Counted from the stretch's first letter, positions 22,709 through 31,940 are shown. The stretch: DNA of 64,000 bases from Desulfatiglandales bacterium (GCA_963667015.2 CAXXJJ010000004.1:768001-832000), one strand, 5' to 3'. Translations and numbers: made by a program. Notes: generated from the sequence alone by a model not told the origin.

Positions 22709-23064
22709 TATAAATACTCAAACGCCATACGGTTAACTGGTTCACCCGGTCTGCAGCGGTTGGCATCGCAGAACATTTCTACAAACTCATCCGGAGTAAG
22801 GTTCGGAAACCCCTCCAGCCTGCACTCTTCGTATCCATAAAGAGGATTCAGTACCATGAGGTTTAAAGGCTCCCACCTGGAGGATACAATTACATGCTGC
22901 CCCAGGATAACCATTTTTTCACCCGCCTTTAATCCCTGAGCCTTTTCCACTCCGTTGAATATGTCGCCGGGTTTAGCAAAACCCCAGCCCAGGCGGCGGG
23001 TGACAAACTTGGTTTTGTTTTTATATTGCTCAACAGTGAGCCAAAAACTCATATTACGAGGCAT
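22708..23064 (-). CDS. ASCH/PUA-domain protein
   Basis: KTKFVTRRLGW..KPGD and ECRLEGF..TPDEFVEMF ASCH signatures. Confidence 0.8.
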   Translation of the reverse strand: MPRNMSFWLTVEQYKNKTKFVTRRLGWGFAKPGDIFNGVEKAQGLKAGEKMVILGQHVIVSSRWEPLNLMVLNPLYGYEECRLEGFPNLTPDEFVEMFCDANRCRPGEPVNRMAFEYL

Positions 23065-23141
23065 TTGCGGGTAGTTTCCTATGGATTAACGTTAGATCGT
23101 CGATTGTGGGGTAAATTTAGAAGTCTTTTTTCTGTGATATT

Positions 23142-23717
23142 TCAATCAGTTGCATCACCATCACTGATTTTTATCGGAGCGATAAGGCCTCCCATTTTCC
23201 CTGCTTTAAAAATCAGGTTATCATTGTACCAGCCCACATCACAGTTATACATTTGAGCCAGGTCTTTAAAATGGGCATATTCAATTGTTTTATTGATGGG
23301 CATGTGTTTTATAAGGTTCCCGTATGACTTGGACAGATAACCGGCACCCAGGGCGATCTGGACATCAATCTGCTCGTAAAGTTTATCGGGCCAGGTTTCT
23401 TTCCAGTCGGGGAAAAATGCATCCGATAGATTAGCACCCATATCACCCAGATGAATTTCCGATGAGGATGATTTTATAACCTCATAACAGTGTCCGGCTG
23501 CAAAAACCCCCGAATCATCAACTGAATAAATGTGAATTCTATGAGCATCCATACCAACCAGGTTAGCGCCATCATAAAAAATATACTCCACTGGCCTTTT
23601 GTCATCGGTTTTGGTGCGGGCCTTATCGACGAACTTCAGACCGTCAAATACTGCATCGTCAATGTATTCTTCCCGCCCTTCCAGCCCCCAGATTATTATT
23701 TTTTTTGATTTTGACAT
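23142..23717 (-). CDS. Degenerate, truncated DNA polymerase III beta-clamp-like protein
   Basis: LVGMDAHRIH resembles LVATDGHRLA, FFPDWKETWP resembles FPDYxxVIP, GLIAPIKI resembles YVIMPMRL. Confidence 0.55.
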   Translation of the reverse strand: MSKSKKIIIWGLEGREEYIDDAVFDGLKFVDKARTKTDDKRPVEYIFYDGANLVGMDAHRIHIYSVDDSGVFAAGHCYEVIKSSSSEIHLGDMGANLSDAFFPDWKETWPDKLYEQIDVQIALGAGYLSKSYGNLIKHMPINKTIEYAHFKDLAQMYNCDVGWYNDNLIFKAGKMGGLIAPIKISDGDATD

Positions 23718-23726
23718 GCCTCCCCC

Positions 23727-24509
23727 CTACAAATAACTATTAAGCTTTTCCCAAAAGCGTTTTTCAAAATTCTCGTAAAATGTTTTGGTGGCTATTCCGT
23801 AAAAATCAAGGAGCGGTTTTATGGTTTTTCTCTTTTCCTGAACCAGAATGGACTCCAATCCCCTGGCCCGGATCACCGTCTTTCTTTTACCGCGCTGATA
23901 GGTCTTGCTCCGGTCTGCGAATGTTTTTTTGGTTTTCGCGCCGAAACCCCTGGCTGTCTGGATGCGTTTATAAACACCAGGGAATAATCTTCCGTGACGT
24001 TTTGTAATCAGTACATAATCCCGCTCTTTAGTGTTTGTCTTCCTCGACCGGTCTGTAATATTTGCGGAATATCCGGAAACATGCTCCGCCCTACCAAGTA
24101 CTGATAAAATCTGCCTTATCTGCCCTGCACTGATATTTCCATACTGATTAATCTTTGCTCCCCTCCCGGGTGAGAGCTTACCTATCTTCAACGCCTGTTC
24201 AAACCCTTTAAGCTTCCTGGTTCCCCCTTCCACCTGCGATACAAGGTAATGCTCTCCCATTCGGGCCGGTTCCTTGAACCATACCTCGGCGGAAAGGTCA
24301 TTAGCCTGGGCATATTTAACTTTCAGGCTGTTAAGTGTATAACGGGTGGGCTTATCAAAAACCGCTGACATTTCTGCCTGTACCACGGGCTTAATATCAT
24401 GCTTTGCAGTCATGCTCAGAGCTATAGCGCATGCTTTATGCGCCTTGCCAGGCAATACTCTTAAGGCGGTTTGAACGTCCGACATGCCTCTAATATCCAG
24501 TGTAATCAT
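23727..24509 (-). CDS. Phage minor tail / tail-completion (lambda gpZ-like) protein
   Basis: ITLDIRGM...AIALSMTAK...VFDKPTRYTLNSL...QVEGGTR...LDFYGIA pattern; basic. Confidence 0.6.
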   Translation of the reverse strand: MITLDIRGMSDVQTALRVLPGKAHKACAIALSMTAKHDIKPVVQAEMSAVFDKPTRYTLNSLKVKYAQANDLSAEVWFKEPARMGEHYLVSQVEGGTRKLKGFEQALKIGKLSPGRGAKINQYGNISAGQIRQILSVLGRAEHVSGYSANITDRSRKTNTKERDYVLITKRHGRLFPGVYKRIQTARGFGAKTKKTFADRSKTYQRGKRKTVIRARGLESILVQEKRKTIKPLLDFYGIATKTFYENFEKRFWEKLNSYL

Positions 24510-24686
24510 ATCACCTTCTCTGGCACCGCGGCCTTACGGGTTTTCCTTAAATCACTATTATAGGTAAGACCCACGCCACACACCTGCAGGCAGAGTTTGT
24601 GGCCCTTGCATGCGGGGTGCATGGCGTGGGTACAGAAGGGCAAAAAAAAACAGTCATCAGTTTTAATACTTTTTTTAATGACTGTT

Positions 24687-26042
24687 TCACTGGTTTACCA
24701 GCAACCGTTCCTGCAGGAAAGCAGCCTCTTTTTTAGCAGTTCTTCCCTGTTTAATGGCTTTTTCGATAACTTCGCTGGCATATATTACTGTAGAATGTTT
24801 TCTCTTTATTGATAAGCCTATATCTTCCAGAGTGGCTTCCGTATATTGCCTGCATAAATAGACAAACATGTTACGGGGATGAGAATAAATCTTTTTCCGT
24901 GACTTAGCCTCCAGCATGACAGGATCAATTTTATAGTATTGGCAGATAAGATCCCGCACATGATAAATGGTTATGCCGTGATGTTTGGGCAGGTAATAAC
25001 GCAGTATAGACTGAACACTCTGCTTATCAACCGGAGTTTTATTAAAGTCGGTGTGAGCCTTTATACATTTTAAAATACTTTCTATATACCTGACATCCTG
25101 AGTAAGTTTATCTGCGAGCATTTCCACAATTTCAGGCGCTATATCCAGGCCCATTTCCCTGGATTTTTTTACAATGATGTTACGGCGTGTAGTTTGGTCA
25201 GGTTTTTTAATTTCAGACATCAAGCCTGAACTGAACCTGGACAACAATTCATTATTCAAATTGGGAATTTCACGGGGAAGTAAAGAACTCGTAAAAACTA
25301 TTTTTTTATCGGCATTAAAAAGTGCATCCAGAGTGTATAACAGCTCTGTTTGACATTTGCTTTTTCCTCCCAGAAAGTGAACATCCTCCAGGATTAAAAA
25401 ATCACATGATCGTCGATATCTGGCCTTGAACTCTTCCATTGAATTAGTTCTTAGCGCTCTTGTAAGCCCGTTTAAAAAATCCTCTGCAGTAATATAACAT
25501 GCCCGTAACTGTGGATTTTGTAAAAACAGGTAATTACCCATAGCCTGTGACAAATGACTTTTACCCAGACCGGTACTGGATGATATAAATAATGAACAGG
25601 CCGCACACGAAGGATCTGCCACCATCGCCTTTGCCACCGCATAAGCAAACTCGTTACAATGGCCTACCACAAATCTCTCAAAGTTGAGATCCTTTCTGAA
25701 TGCCCGATTAAAAGTGGTTTTTTCCGGCATGTTAGGCAATCTTAACTGCCTCGATACAAGAGCATTTTCACGCGGAGAGACTTTATTATTTTCGAGGATA
25801 GTTAGCTGTAATTTAATATTTCGGCCTGTTATCCGATTGCATGCTTTTTCCAACAGAGATTTGTAGTGCTCTGTAATCCAGGTTAACGAAAACTTATTAG
25901 GGCAGCCTACAGTAAGACAATCCCGGCTTTCATCAACCTGGGTTAAAGGAGCAAGCCACCTTTGATAACTGTGTGCAGGAATTTTGCTCTGGATTTGGGT
26001 TTTGATTGACTGTAATAGAATGCTCATGGATGGTTTTTTCAA
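24687..26042 (-). CDS. dnaA: Full-length DnaA homologue encoded in the prophage early operon
   Basis: Domain I (YQRWLAPL..CPNKFSLTWI), FERFVVGHCNEFAY, TGLGKSHL, YITAEDF, LILEDVHFL, LLSRFSSGL, domain IV SRKK..HPRNMFVYLCRQYT..TLEDIG..RKHSTVIYA. Confidence 0.92.
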   Translation of the reverse strand: MKKPSMSILLQSIKTQIQSKIPAHSYQRWLAPLTQVDESRDCLTVGCPNKFSLTWITEHYKSLLEKACNRITGRNIKLQLTILENNKVSPRENALVSRQLRLPNMPEKTTFNRAFRKDLNFERFVVGHCNEFAYAVAKAMVADPSCAACSLFISSSTGLGKSHLSQAMGNYLFLQNPQLRACYITAEDFLNGLTRALRTNSMEEFKARYRRSCDFLILEDVHFLGGKSKCQTELLYTLDALFNADKKIVFTSSLLPREIPNLNNELLSRFSSGLMSEIKKPDQTTRRNIIVKKSREMGLDIAPEIVEMLADKLTQDVRYIESILKCIKAHTDFNKTPVDKQSVQSILRYYLPKHHGITIYHVRDLICQYYKIDPVMLEAKSRKKIYSHPRNMFVYLCRQYTEATLEDIGLSIKRKHSTVIYASEVIEKAIKQGRTAKKEAAFLQERLLVNQ

Positions 26043-26266
26043 TTCTGCTTTTTATGGTCGCCTGCCAGTTCTTTTTTCTTCAGGTCATATAACCAGCCGG
26101 GCATGTCAGCAACTCTTTCACCCTGATCGTTTACTTGTATCTTCACCAGTTTTGTTGGCAGCCAGATAACCCTGCCGCAATCCAGTCTCACCTGTGTTCC
26201 TTTGCCTCTTCTGGTTAAAACTTCCAGTATCCTGAGCTGTTTTCTTGATTGACGACCCGCCATCAC
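26039..26266 (-). CDS. Phage hypothetical protein
   Basis: Overlaps both neighbours by 4 nt; IWLPTK..MPGWL motif. Confidence 0.65.
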   Translation of the reverse strand: MMAGRQSRKQLRILEVLTRRGKGTQVRLDCGRVIWLPTKLVKIQVNDQGERVADMPGWLYDLKKKELAGDHKKQN

Positions 26267-26595
26267 CTGCTGCCTCCTGCAGCTTCGTGAAAATATCCGT
26301 GAAGGGGAAGGCCCAGGAATGCATCAAAAGCCTCATTCTGCTGCCGGTGGATTTCGTCACACACCATACGCCGGTGTTCATTGTAACAATCCTCGATGAT
26401 TGCCTCGTCAGTAACTTCGCCGCAAAAACAATACACATCCAGGTGCCAGTCGTAACCCACCCAAACCTGCCTGCCGTTTATTTCCTGCCAATGGGCGTCA
26501 ACAGGAATAAATGCCCACCAGATCCGCCCGCCGCACTCTTTGCATTTGTGCTGGCTGTAGTAAATGGGGGTTATGGTTTGGGGTTTGTGGTTCAT
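26263..26595 (-). CDS. Phage hypothetical Zn-finger-like protein
   Basis: CKECGG and YCFCG motifs; operon position. Confidence 0.6.
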   Translation of the reverse strand: MNHKPQTITPIYYSQHKCKECGGRIWWAFIPVDAHWQEINGRQVWVGYDWHLDVYCFCGEVTDEAIIEDCYNEHRRMVCDEIHRQQNEAFDAFLGLPLHGYFHEAAGGSR

Positions 26596-26881
26596 ATGTT
26601 TTTCCTAACAGCCTACAGTCTAAACTGCTTCAGCCTGCTTTTCTCACAGCTCCGCCCTTTCAATTACATTTATCCTGTGAAATGCAGCTTTGCTGCCCCC
26701 AAAGGGGATTTAACTGGGTGAATTCAAAATTCAAGATTTGTCGTGCCGCCCCGGTCACCCTCCCGGTTTAAAATCTTCCGGGGCAACACGACTCTCTATG
26801 CGGGCTGGACAGGAACGGACCCTGAATGCATCCTCCGGAATGTATCCGGATAACCTGACCACTACCCTGGGATACTGCTGA

Positions 26882-27019
26882 TCATTGATCATCCTCTCCA
26901 AATACGCTGTCAGTCAGCTCCCAAAACACTCTGAATGCACATACTGTTAAAATAACTGCCATGGCAGGGCCAATGATTTGCCAATGGTCACTTATAAACA
27001 TCACCAGATCCAGCATCAT
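26882..27019 (-). CDS. Small single-TM phage protein (not in ORF track)
   Basis: Manual translation MMLDLVMFISDHWQIIGPAMAVILTVCAFRVFWELTDSVFGEDDQ; overlaps the upstream stop. Confidence 0.45.
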   Translation of the reverse strand: MMLDLVMFISDHWQIIGPAMAVILTVCAFRVFWELTDSVFGEDDQ

Positions 27020-27219
27020 GGCGCAACTCTCTCAGCATTAACCTCTGCTTCCAGTTCTTCGGCCCTTGCCTCGTTCCTGGATAAAACTCCGCTCACGTGG
27101 CCTTGCCAGTCTTCAAGGTATGTCTGCAGCTTTATTGCTTCGTTGATACATCTAAACCAGGTGGCTGTCTTCAGCTTGTCTGCGTTGCTCATTTTTATAT
27201 CCGGATTATATGCTGGCAA
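27016..27219 (-). CDS. Phage hypothetical protein
   Basis: AGGAG upstream; operon position. Confidence 0.55.
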   Translation of the reverse strand: MPAYNPDIKMSNADKLKTATWFRCINEAIKLQTYLEDWQGHVSGVLSRNEARAEELEAEVNAERVAP

Positions 27220-27586
27220 GGAGGCTCCTTTCTTGACCTGTTAAACCTGTCTGTTTAACCGGGTCAGTCGCCGCATGGGGCACAGGGCGCGGCGCATTGG
27301 GTTTGATGATCACTGATCTGTGTTTGCGTTTCGCACGGTCCGCTGCCAATATGGCGGCACTGCATCGCGGGCACATATCGTTTGTAATGATTCGACCGAA
27401 CTTTTTTAAAGAGTTCTGGTTTGCTTCAACCCGCGCGTCAAATAACCGGGTACCGAGTTCATCATCGCACCATGCACAGTATCTGTGTGCTACTACCAGG
27501 TTTGATATTGCTGTAACCATTTCCGCCCCTCTTTTATTAACGATGAAAAACTTTTTTAAAGGCTGAATAAAACAAAACCACAACAC
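27206..27586 (-). CDS. Phage hypothetical protein with CxxC pairs (start probably MVTAIS, ~27520)
   Basis: YCAWCD and MCPRCS motifs; GAGGGG RBS before the internal ATG. Confidence 0.55.
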   Translation of the reverse strand: MLWFCFIQPLKKFFIVNKRGAEMVTAISNLVVAHRYCAWCDDELGTRLFDARVEANQNSLKKFGRIITNDMCPRCSAAILAADRAKRKHRSVIIKPNAPRPVPHAATDPVKQTGLTGQERSLLASI

Positions 27587-27761
27587 ATGTAATAACCGCT
27601 ATTACTATTAAATTGCTGATTACTGTCATATTGCCCCCTGCTAACTCTCTGATTTTTTTACGGTATACCGATGTGACACAAAATTGATTAAATATGTCAT
27701 CCGAATATACCGGAGTATCCGAAGGTATACGTGACAGGGCAAAAAAATTTTTGATACCCTG

Positions 27762-28004
27762 TCATTTAAAAAGATCACTTAATTTTTCATCACCACGGAG
27801 TTCAGCCATGAAAACATTGCCTATAGATTTTTGCATACCTTCAACAACAAACTGGAATGCCAGTTTTGCCCTGTCGGTCCCGTATTTTTTTGCAAGTTCA
27901 TCAAGCAGGTTAATAAATGAATCAGAACATGGGATTGTCACCCGGGCAGTTTTTTTCTCAGAAGAGATTCTTTCTTTAAAGTTTAACGATAACTGCATGG
28001 CCAT
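27762..28004 (-). CDS. Small DNA-binding regulator (RHH/CII-position)
   Basis: RVTIPCSDSFINLLDELAKKYGTDRAKLA ribbon-helix-helix-like; follows the Ner-like gene. Confidence 0.6.
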   Translation of the reverse strand: MAMQLSLNFKERISSEKKTARVTIPCSDSFINLLDELAKKYGTDRAKLAFQFVVEGMQKSIGNVFMAELRGDEKLSDLFK

Positions 28005-28077
28005 AATATTTAATGTTCCCTTTTACGATTGCATCTTGGTCAAAATTACGTTATCAATAACGGTATTGGGTAATATA

Positions 28078-28305
28078 TCAGGCAGCGGATTTTTGCCTGG
28101 CCTCTCTGTGTTTCACAGCAGCAGGGAAAACGTCATTAATATTTTTGTCTATTTTTTTACATATGAATTTCATAAGGGGAAAAGATCCTTTACCCTCATG
28201 AATTACACGGGTGACATGAAATTGGGAGCATCCATAAGCATGCGCAATGCTCTTTTGTGTTTCTCCGGACTTTTTTATTTCGGCCTGTATGTCGGCTGGA
28301 TGCAT
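28078..28305 (-). CDS. Ner/Nlp-like Cro-type HTH regulator
   Basis: MHPADIQAEIKKSGETQKSIAH...INDVFP Ner-family pattern; divergent from CI. Confidence 0.8.
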   Translation of the reverse strand: MHPADIQAEIKKSGETQKSIAHAYGCSQFHVTRVIHEGKGSFPLMKFICKKIDKNINDVFPAAVKHREARQKSAA

Positions 28306-28370
28306 GGTTTTACTCCTTTAACTTTATCCCGGCGCAGAATACGAAGCCGGACTCTTAAATTTGGTGAAGC

Positions 28371-28751
28371 ATGGGAAAAAATCTTACTGTTAAAAAATTA
28401 AAAACCTTTTTAGGCTCTGTTGCTCCGGAAACTAAAATCACTTTTGGTTCTTCCAGGTACAGCATGAAACCGCTTATATTTAATAAGGTTGAGTTTGAAG
28501 ATAACAGAATCCTCTATATTCACCTTATAGAACTGGACGATATGAACGGGGATGCAATCCCTCAAAGCGAACATGAACTAAGGATAACAGCATCGTTCCT
28601 GCTGGATCTTATAAAACAATATCCAGATATAGCTGTAGTCAGCTTTGGATCGACCATGAGTGATGCCATGCACCTGAATTTTAATGAAATATCGTCTGTC
28701 ATCGCTATTGACCTTGTTCAGCCGGATCAGCAAGGGAGTATTGAGCTATAA
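28371..28751 (+). CDS. Hypothetical protein with internal two-fold repeat
   Basis: LTVKKLKTFL..ITFGSS..LIFN versus ITASFLLDLI..VSFGST..LNFN. Confidence 0.55.
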   Translation: MGKNLTVKKLKTFLGSVAPETKITFGSSRYSMKPLIFNKVEFEDNRILYIHLIELDDMNGDAIPQSEHELRITASFLLDLIKQYPDIAVVSFGSTMSDAMHLNFNEISSVIAIDLVQPDQQGSIEL

Positions 28752-29001
28752 TTTTTATTACCTGGGCTATATGTATAGATTCACCGTTCTCAGTTACTAA
28801 ATATATTTGCCCCCTTGTGTCGTCGTCATAAACGTTTATGCGTATGGCTTTTGATTTTATTATTTCACTCTCGTTTCGTCGGCGGTAAGTTATTTCATTA
28901 CCGAGATAGCTTTTAGCTTTATTCAATAAGACCAGGGCTTGATCTCGTAACTGTGAAAACATATTTTCATCGAGTATGGTTTCGTTAATTTTCTGTTTCA
29001 T
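28705..29001 (-). CDS. Hypothetical protein, first gene after the early promoter
   Basis: 98-aa ORF with AAGGG RBS. Confidence 0.55.
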   Translation of the reverse strand: MKQKINETILDENMFSQLRDQALVLLNKAKSYLGNEITYRRRNESEIIKSKAIRINVYDDDTRGQIYLVTENGESIHIAQVIKIIAQYSLADPAEQGQ

Positions 29002-29085
29002 GTTTTACCCTTTTCCCCGGCGCAGAATGCGAAGCCTGGCTGTTTTTTTAAATTTAACGTTTATATTTAACGGTAATTAACAACG

Positions 29086-29114
29086 ATAATACATTTGTGG
29101 GTGTATTGTGTCAA
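29086..29114 (-). promoter_or_regulatory. Early (PR-like) sigma70 promoter with overlapping palindromic operator
   Basis: Minus strand TTGACA-17-TATTAT; AATACA-N8-TGTATT palindrome at 29088-29107. Confidence 0.7.
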
Positions 29115-29608
29115 GAAAAAAAATACACGTTGAACTGAATATTGATGGTTGTTTGGATCGGTTTAAGAGTGCTTTAGCTATTAAGTCTGATGCTGATATA
29201 GCAAAACTACTTGATATTTCGACACAAAATTTATCAAACAAGAAAAAAGGCGGAACTCTAATAGTTGACTTACTAGAATTTGCTATAAACTCTAAAATGA
29301 ACATCAATTGGTTGCTTTTTGGCGATGATTATGAAAAAACCAGGTCCGAAGATAAAATTATTAACAAAATGCAAAATGATCCCTATAAGGATCTGATTAC
29401 AAAAACAAGAACAGTCCTTGAATCAAAAACAGGATATTCAAGTTCACTTGCAATGAATATTGAATCTTTTCATGAATCAGTAGTTACACTGGAAAAAGTT
29501 GAAAATCTCGAAAAAGATGTGAAGGAATTAAAAAGCACAGTTAAAAAACTTTCTACCAACGGGAGGGAGAAAGAAGAAATTAGTGTAGCCCAGAATGCGG
29601 GCAATTAA
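29108..29608 (+). CDS. CI-like repressor (Phage_CI_repr HTH, no S24 peptidase domain)
   Basis: LDRFKSALAIKSDADIAKLLDISTQNLSNKKKGG...NINWLLFG. Confidence 0.85.
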   Translation: MSRKKIHVELNIDGCLDRFKSALAIKSDADIAKLLDISTQNLSNKKKGGTLIVDLLEFAINSKMNINWLLFGDDYEKTRSEDKIINKMQNDPYKDLITKTRTVLESKTGYSSSLAMNIESFHESVVTLEKVENLEKDVKELKSTVKKLSTNGREKEEISVAQNAGN

Positions 29609-29789
29609 GTAACCCCGGGCGGTTTATATGCCGCCGATCCGTCCGGGGTAAAACCATCTGTTTTCACCGGTATCGCAAGCACCGGCGGCAACCTTTTTAA
29701 TATTTTTTTTAAGTCTTGTTATATCAATTCCGATATATAGTTTACCCCTCTTTTTTTATCAAAACTTTAATTAAAAAGGAGAAAACGAA

Positions 29790-30239
29790 ATGGGATATAT
29801 CGAAAAAAATCTTATAAAGGATGAGTCTGTAGTATATCGTGCAAAATTACATTGGATTATCTTCATATGGCCTGTCATATGGTTCTTACTGGCCCTTATT
29901 AGTTTTGCTTATAGCTCAGATACCTCGGCTGCAGCATTTTCAATATTTTTTATATTGGCTATAGTTTCAGGAATTTCTGTTTTGATTACCTTTTTAACTT
30001 CTGAATTTGGTGTTACTAATAAGCGCATCATCGCAAAAACAGGCTTTATTCGTCGCAATTCGATTGAGATATTATTAAAAAAAGTAGAAGGCATAAAAGT
30101 AAATCAGGGCATACTCGGTCGCATATTTAATTATGGGACAATAACCGTTTCCGGCACTGGTGGGGCTCAGGATCCTTTCAAAAAAATCTCATGCCCTCTG
30201 ACACTTAGGAATCAAGTACAAAGTTGCCTGATGGAATAA
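29790..30239 (+). CDS. Membrane protein with bacterial PH domain (bPH_2)
   Basis: Two TMs, then SEFGVTNKRIIAKTGFIRR..QGILGRIFNYGTITV. Confidence 0.85.
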   Translation: MGYIEKNLIKDESVVYRAKLHWIIFIWPVIWFLLALISFAYSSDTSAAAFSIFFILAIVSGISVLITFLTSEFGVTNKRIIAKTGFIRRNSIEILLKKVEGIKVNQGILGRIFNYGTITVSGTGGAQDPFKKISCPLTLRNQVQSCLME

Positions 30240-30975
30240 TCTTTATTGTAAAGGAATTTTCCACAAAGAGGATTCGATAAAGCAATACCTTGATAAAGGT
30301 TAAGCTCTTTCTTACCTTACTGATCGAAATCTATGCTTTTGAGGCGATTCAGACTGTTATGATTAATAGCAGAAACCTTAAGTTTCAAAAAATTAAAACT
30401 TACATCTGGTATTGTTAAAATATTAGTGACAGACTTGATGGATAGAATAATTATTGTTTAGCACAATATTCTATGGCTTTATTATCGCTAGGTTTTGCCA
30501 AATTTTAAAGTATCTTTTGAACTACACATTAATAATTTAAAATTCTGCGGTCACTTCACTCAAAAGGTATTTTCGAATATTTTTCAATCATAATTCAATG
30601 TACTGTGCATCGATCATTGCTGCATATAAATATCTAGAAATAATCCCAAGTGCAAGGTGGTAGTTAAGTGCTTGATGGGAGGCTTTTCCTCGCTCTTGTG
30701 CAATCGCCTGGATTTTATATGACACTCCTTCAATTAAACTATTGATTCCTTCTTTTTCACGTAAGTTATGAATACCATCAACTATCATTCGCCGAATACT
30801 TGATCCTCTGTAAGATTGAGTTCTCCAACTTTACATCTTATAGATCCTAAGAGATCAACAATGCCATCATCTAAATAACTAATTTTCTCATCTTCACAAG
30901 CCTTTTTTTACAAACTGCCAGTCATTCTGCAATTTATCTAAAGAGAAAAATGGCGATTTTAGTTTAAAGTATCTT

Positions 30976-31272
30976 TCAAGCAGCGACCATGCCATAAGTT
31001 ACTCCTACAGTTATTCCAAGAACAACTCCAAGCCAAGCCATGAATATGGATGTTTTTTTATATTTACGACCAATTAACGCCTCAATAGCGCTGAATAAAA
31101 GAGGCAACAAGATGGACCAAATAAATGTAGCTCTATCTATCCCGAAATTGATTGTGAATATGTATCCAATAAAAATGAAGCATATGAAGACAGTAAGTGT
31201 GTATAAATTAAAGAAGCCACTCCTCCTCCGCAAAAATTGTTTTCGGAGATTCTCTATCGATACCAAAGACAT
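30976..31272 (-). CDS. Small three-TM cargo protein
   Basis: Three hydrophobic segments; AAGGAG RBS. Confidence 0.6.
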   Translation of the reverse strand: MSLVSIENLRKQFLRRRSGFFNLYTLTVFICFIFIGYIFTINFGIDRATFIWSILLPLLFSAIEALIGRKYKKTSIFMAWLGVVLGITVGVTYGMVAA

Positions 31273-31289
31273 TTTAATATACTCCTTTG

Positions 31290-31940
31290 TTACTCAAGTC
31301 CGTTTTTCAAAACTCTCTTGATATCACTTAACTTTCCTTTACCAATCTTAACTTCTCGATTCGACAGTTCTTTTTCAAACAGAGTGCTTGGTTTCTCTAA
31401 GCCAGTTTCTTCAACTACTTGTTTTTTGTGTCTAGCTTCTTTTGTAACAGCACTTATGTAATCTAAGAGAGTACTCAACGGATGAATTTTCCCTTCCTTC
31501 ATTAAGTATTCTTCTTCGGGAAGAAATGAGCAAGCCTTCAGATAATCTTCTTTATCACTATCTTGATCATCATGGCGCACTGACTCTCTTTCCTTCCAGA
31601 TAAAATAGGCTTTTATATTCTTATATTCCTCAATCGTTATGCTGTTAAGATATTTGAAATAAGCATTTGGGATATTGAAGTAAATTCCTCTTTTAAAATC
31701 AGTAAGTACATCATCACCAATTTTAAAGCCAACCATTCGGACAGCGTCCTGCCAATCAGACTCAATCCTTTTATAATCATTGTCAACTAGCATGCCGCGG
31801 TTAATCCACAAAAAGTCTGCATGCAAAGCAGTCAATACTTCGAGGAAATCTTCTCTATATACTTTAGGCTTTTCTTCCATTGATTGATCCTTACAAATTA
31901 AGTGATTTAATATTTGAAATAGAATACTAATATATTTCAA
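31290..31940 (-). CDS. Cargo protein with DUF2934-like motif (start probably MEEKPK, ~31880)
   Basis: IKAYFIWKERE..HDDQDSDKEDYLKA resembles the RAYxxWE..G.D.xDWxxAE pattern. Confidence 0.5.
   Translation of the reverse strand: MKYISILFQILNHLICKDQSMEEKPKVYREDFLEVLTALHADFLWINRGMLVDNDYKRIESDWQDAVRMVGFKIGDDVLTDFKRGIYFNIPNAYFKYLNSITIEEYKNIKAYFIWKERESVRHDDQDSDKEDYLKACSFLPEEEYLMKEGKIHPLSTLLDYISAVTKEARHKKQVVEETGLEKPSTLFEKELSNREVKIGKGKLSDIKRVLKNGLE

Noticed and set aside
24506..24690. Cys-rich frame and 10-bp inverted repeat (AAACAGTCAT/ATGACTGTTT) after dnaA, as a gene or origin
   Set aside because: The frame has no start codon unless a homopolymer is mis-called, and there are no iterons or DnaA boxes to support an origin.
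27694..28401. 235-aa plus-strand ORF
   Set aside because: Antisense to two credible regulator genes; composition is not protein-like.
30340..30570. Third attC-like site (TGAAGTGACCGCAGA on the minus strand)
   Set aside because: Only one L-box-like half is recognisable; no convincing R boxes or pairing.
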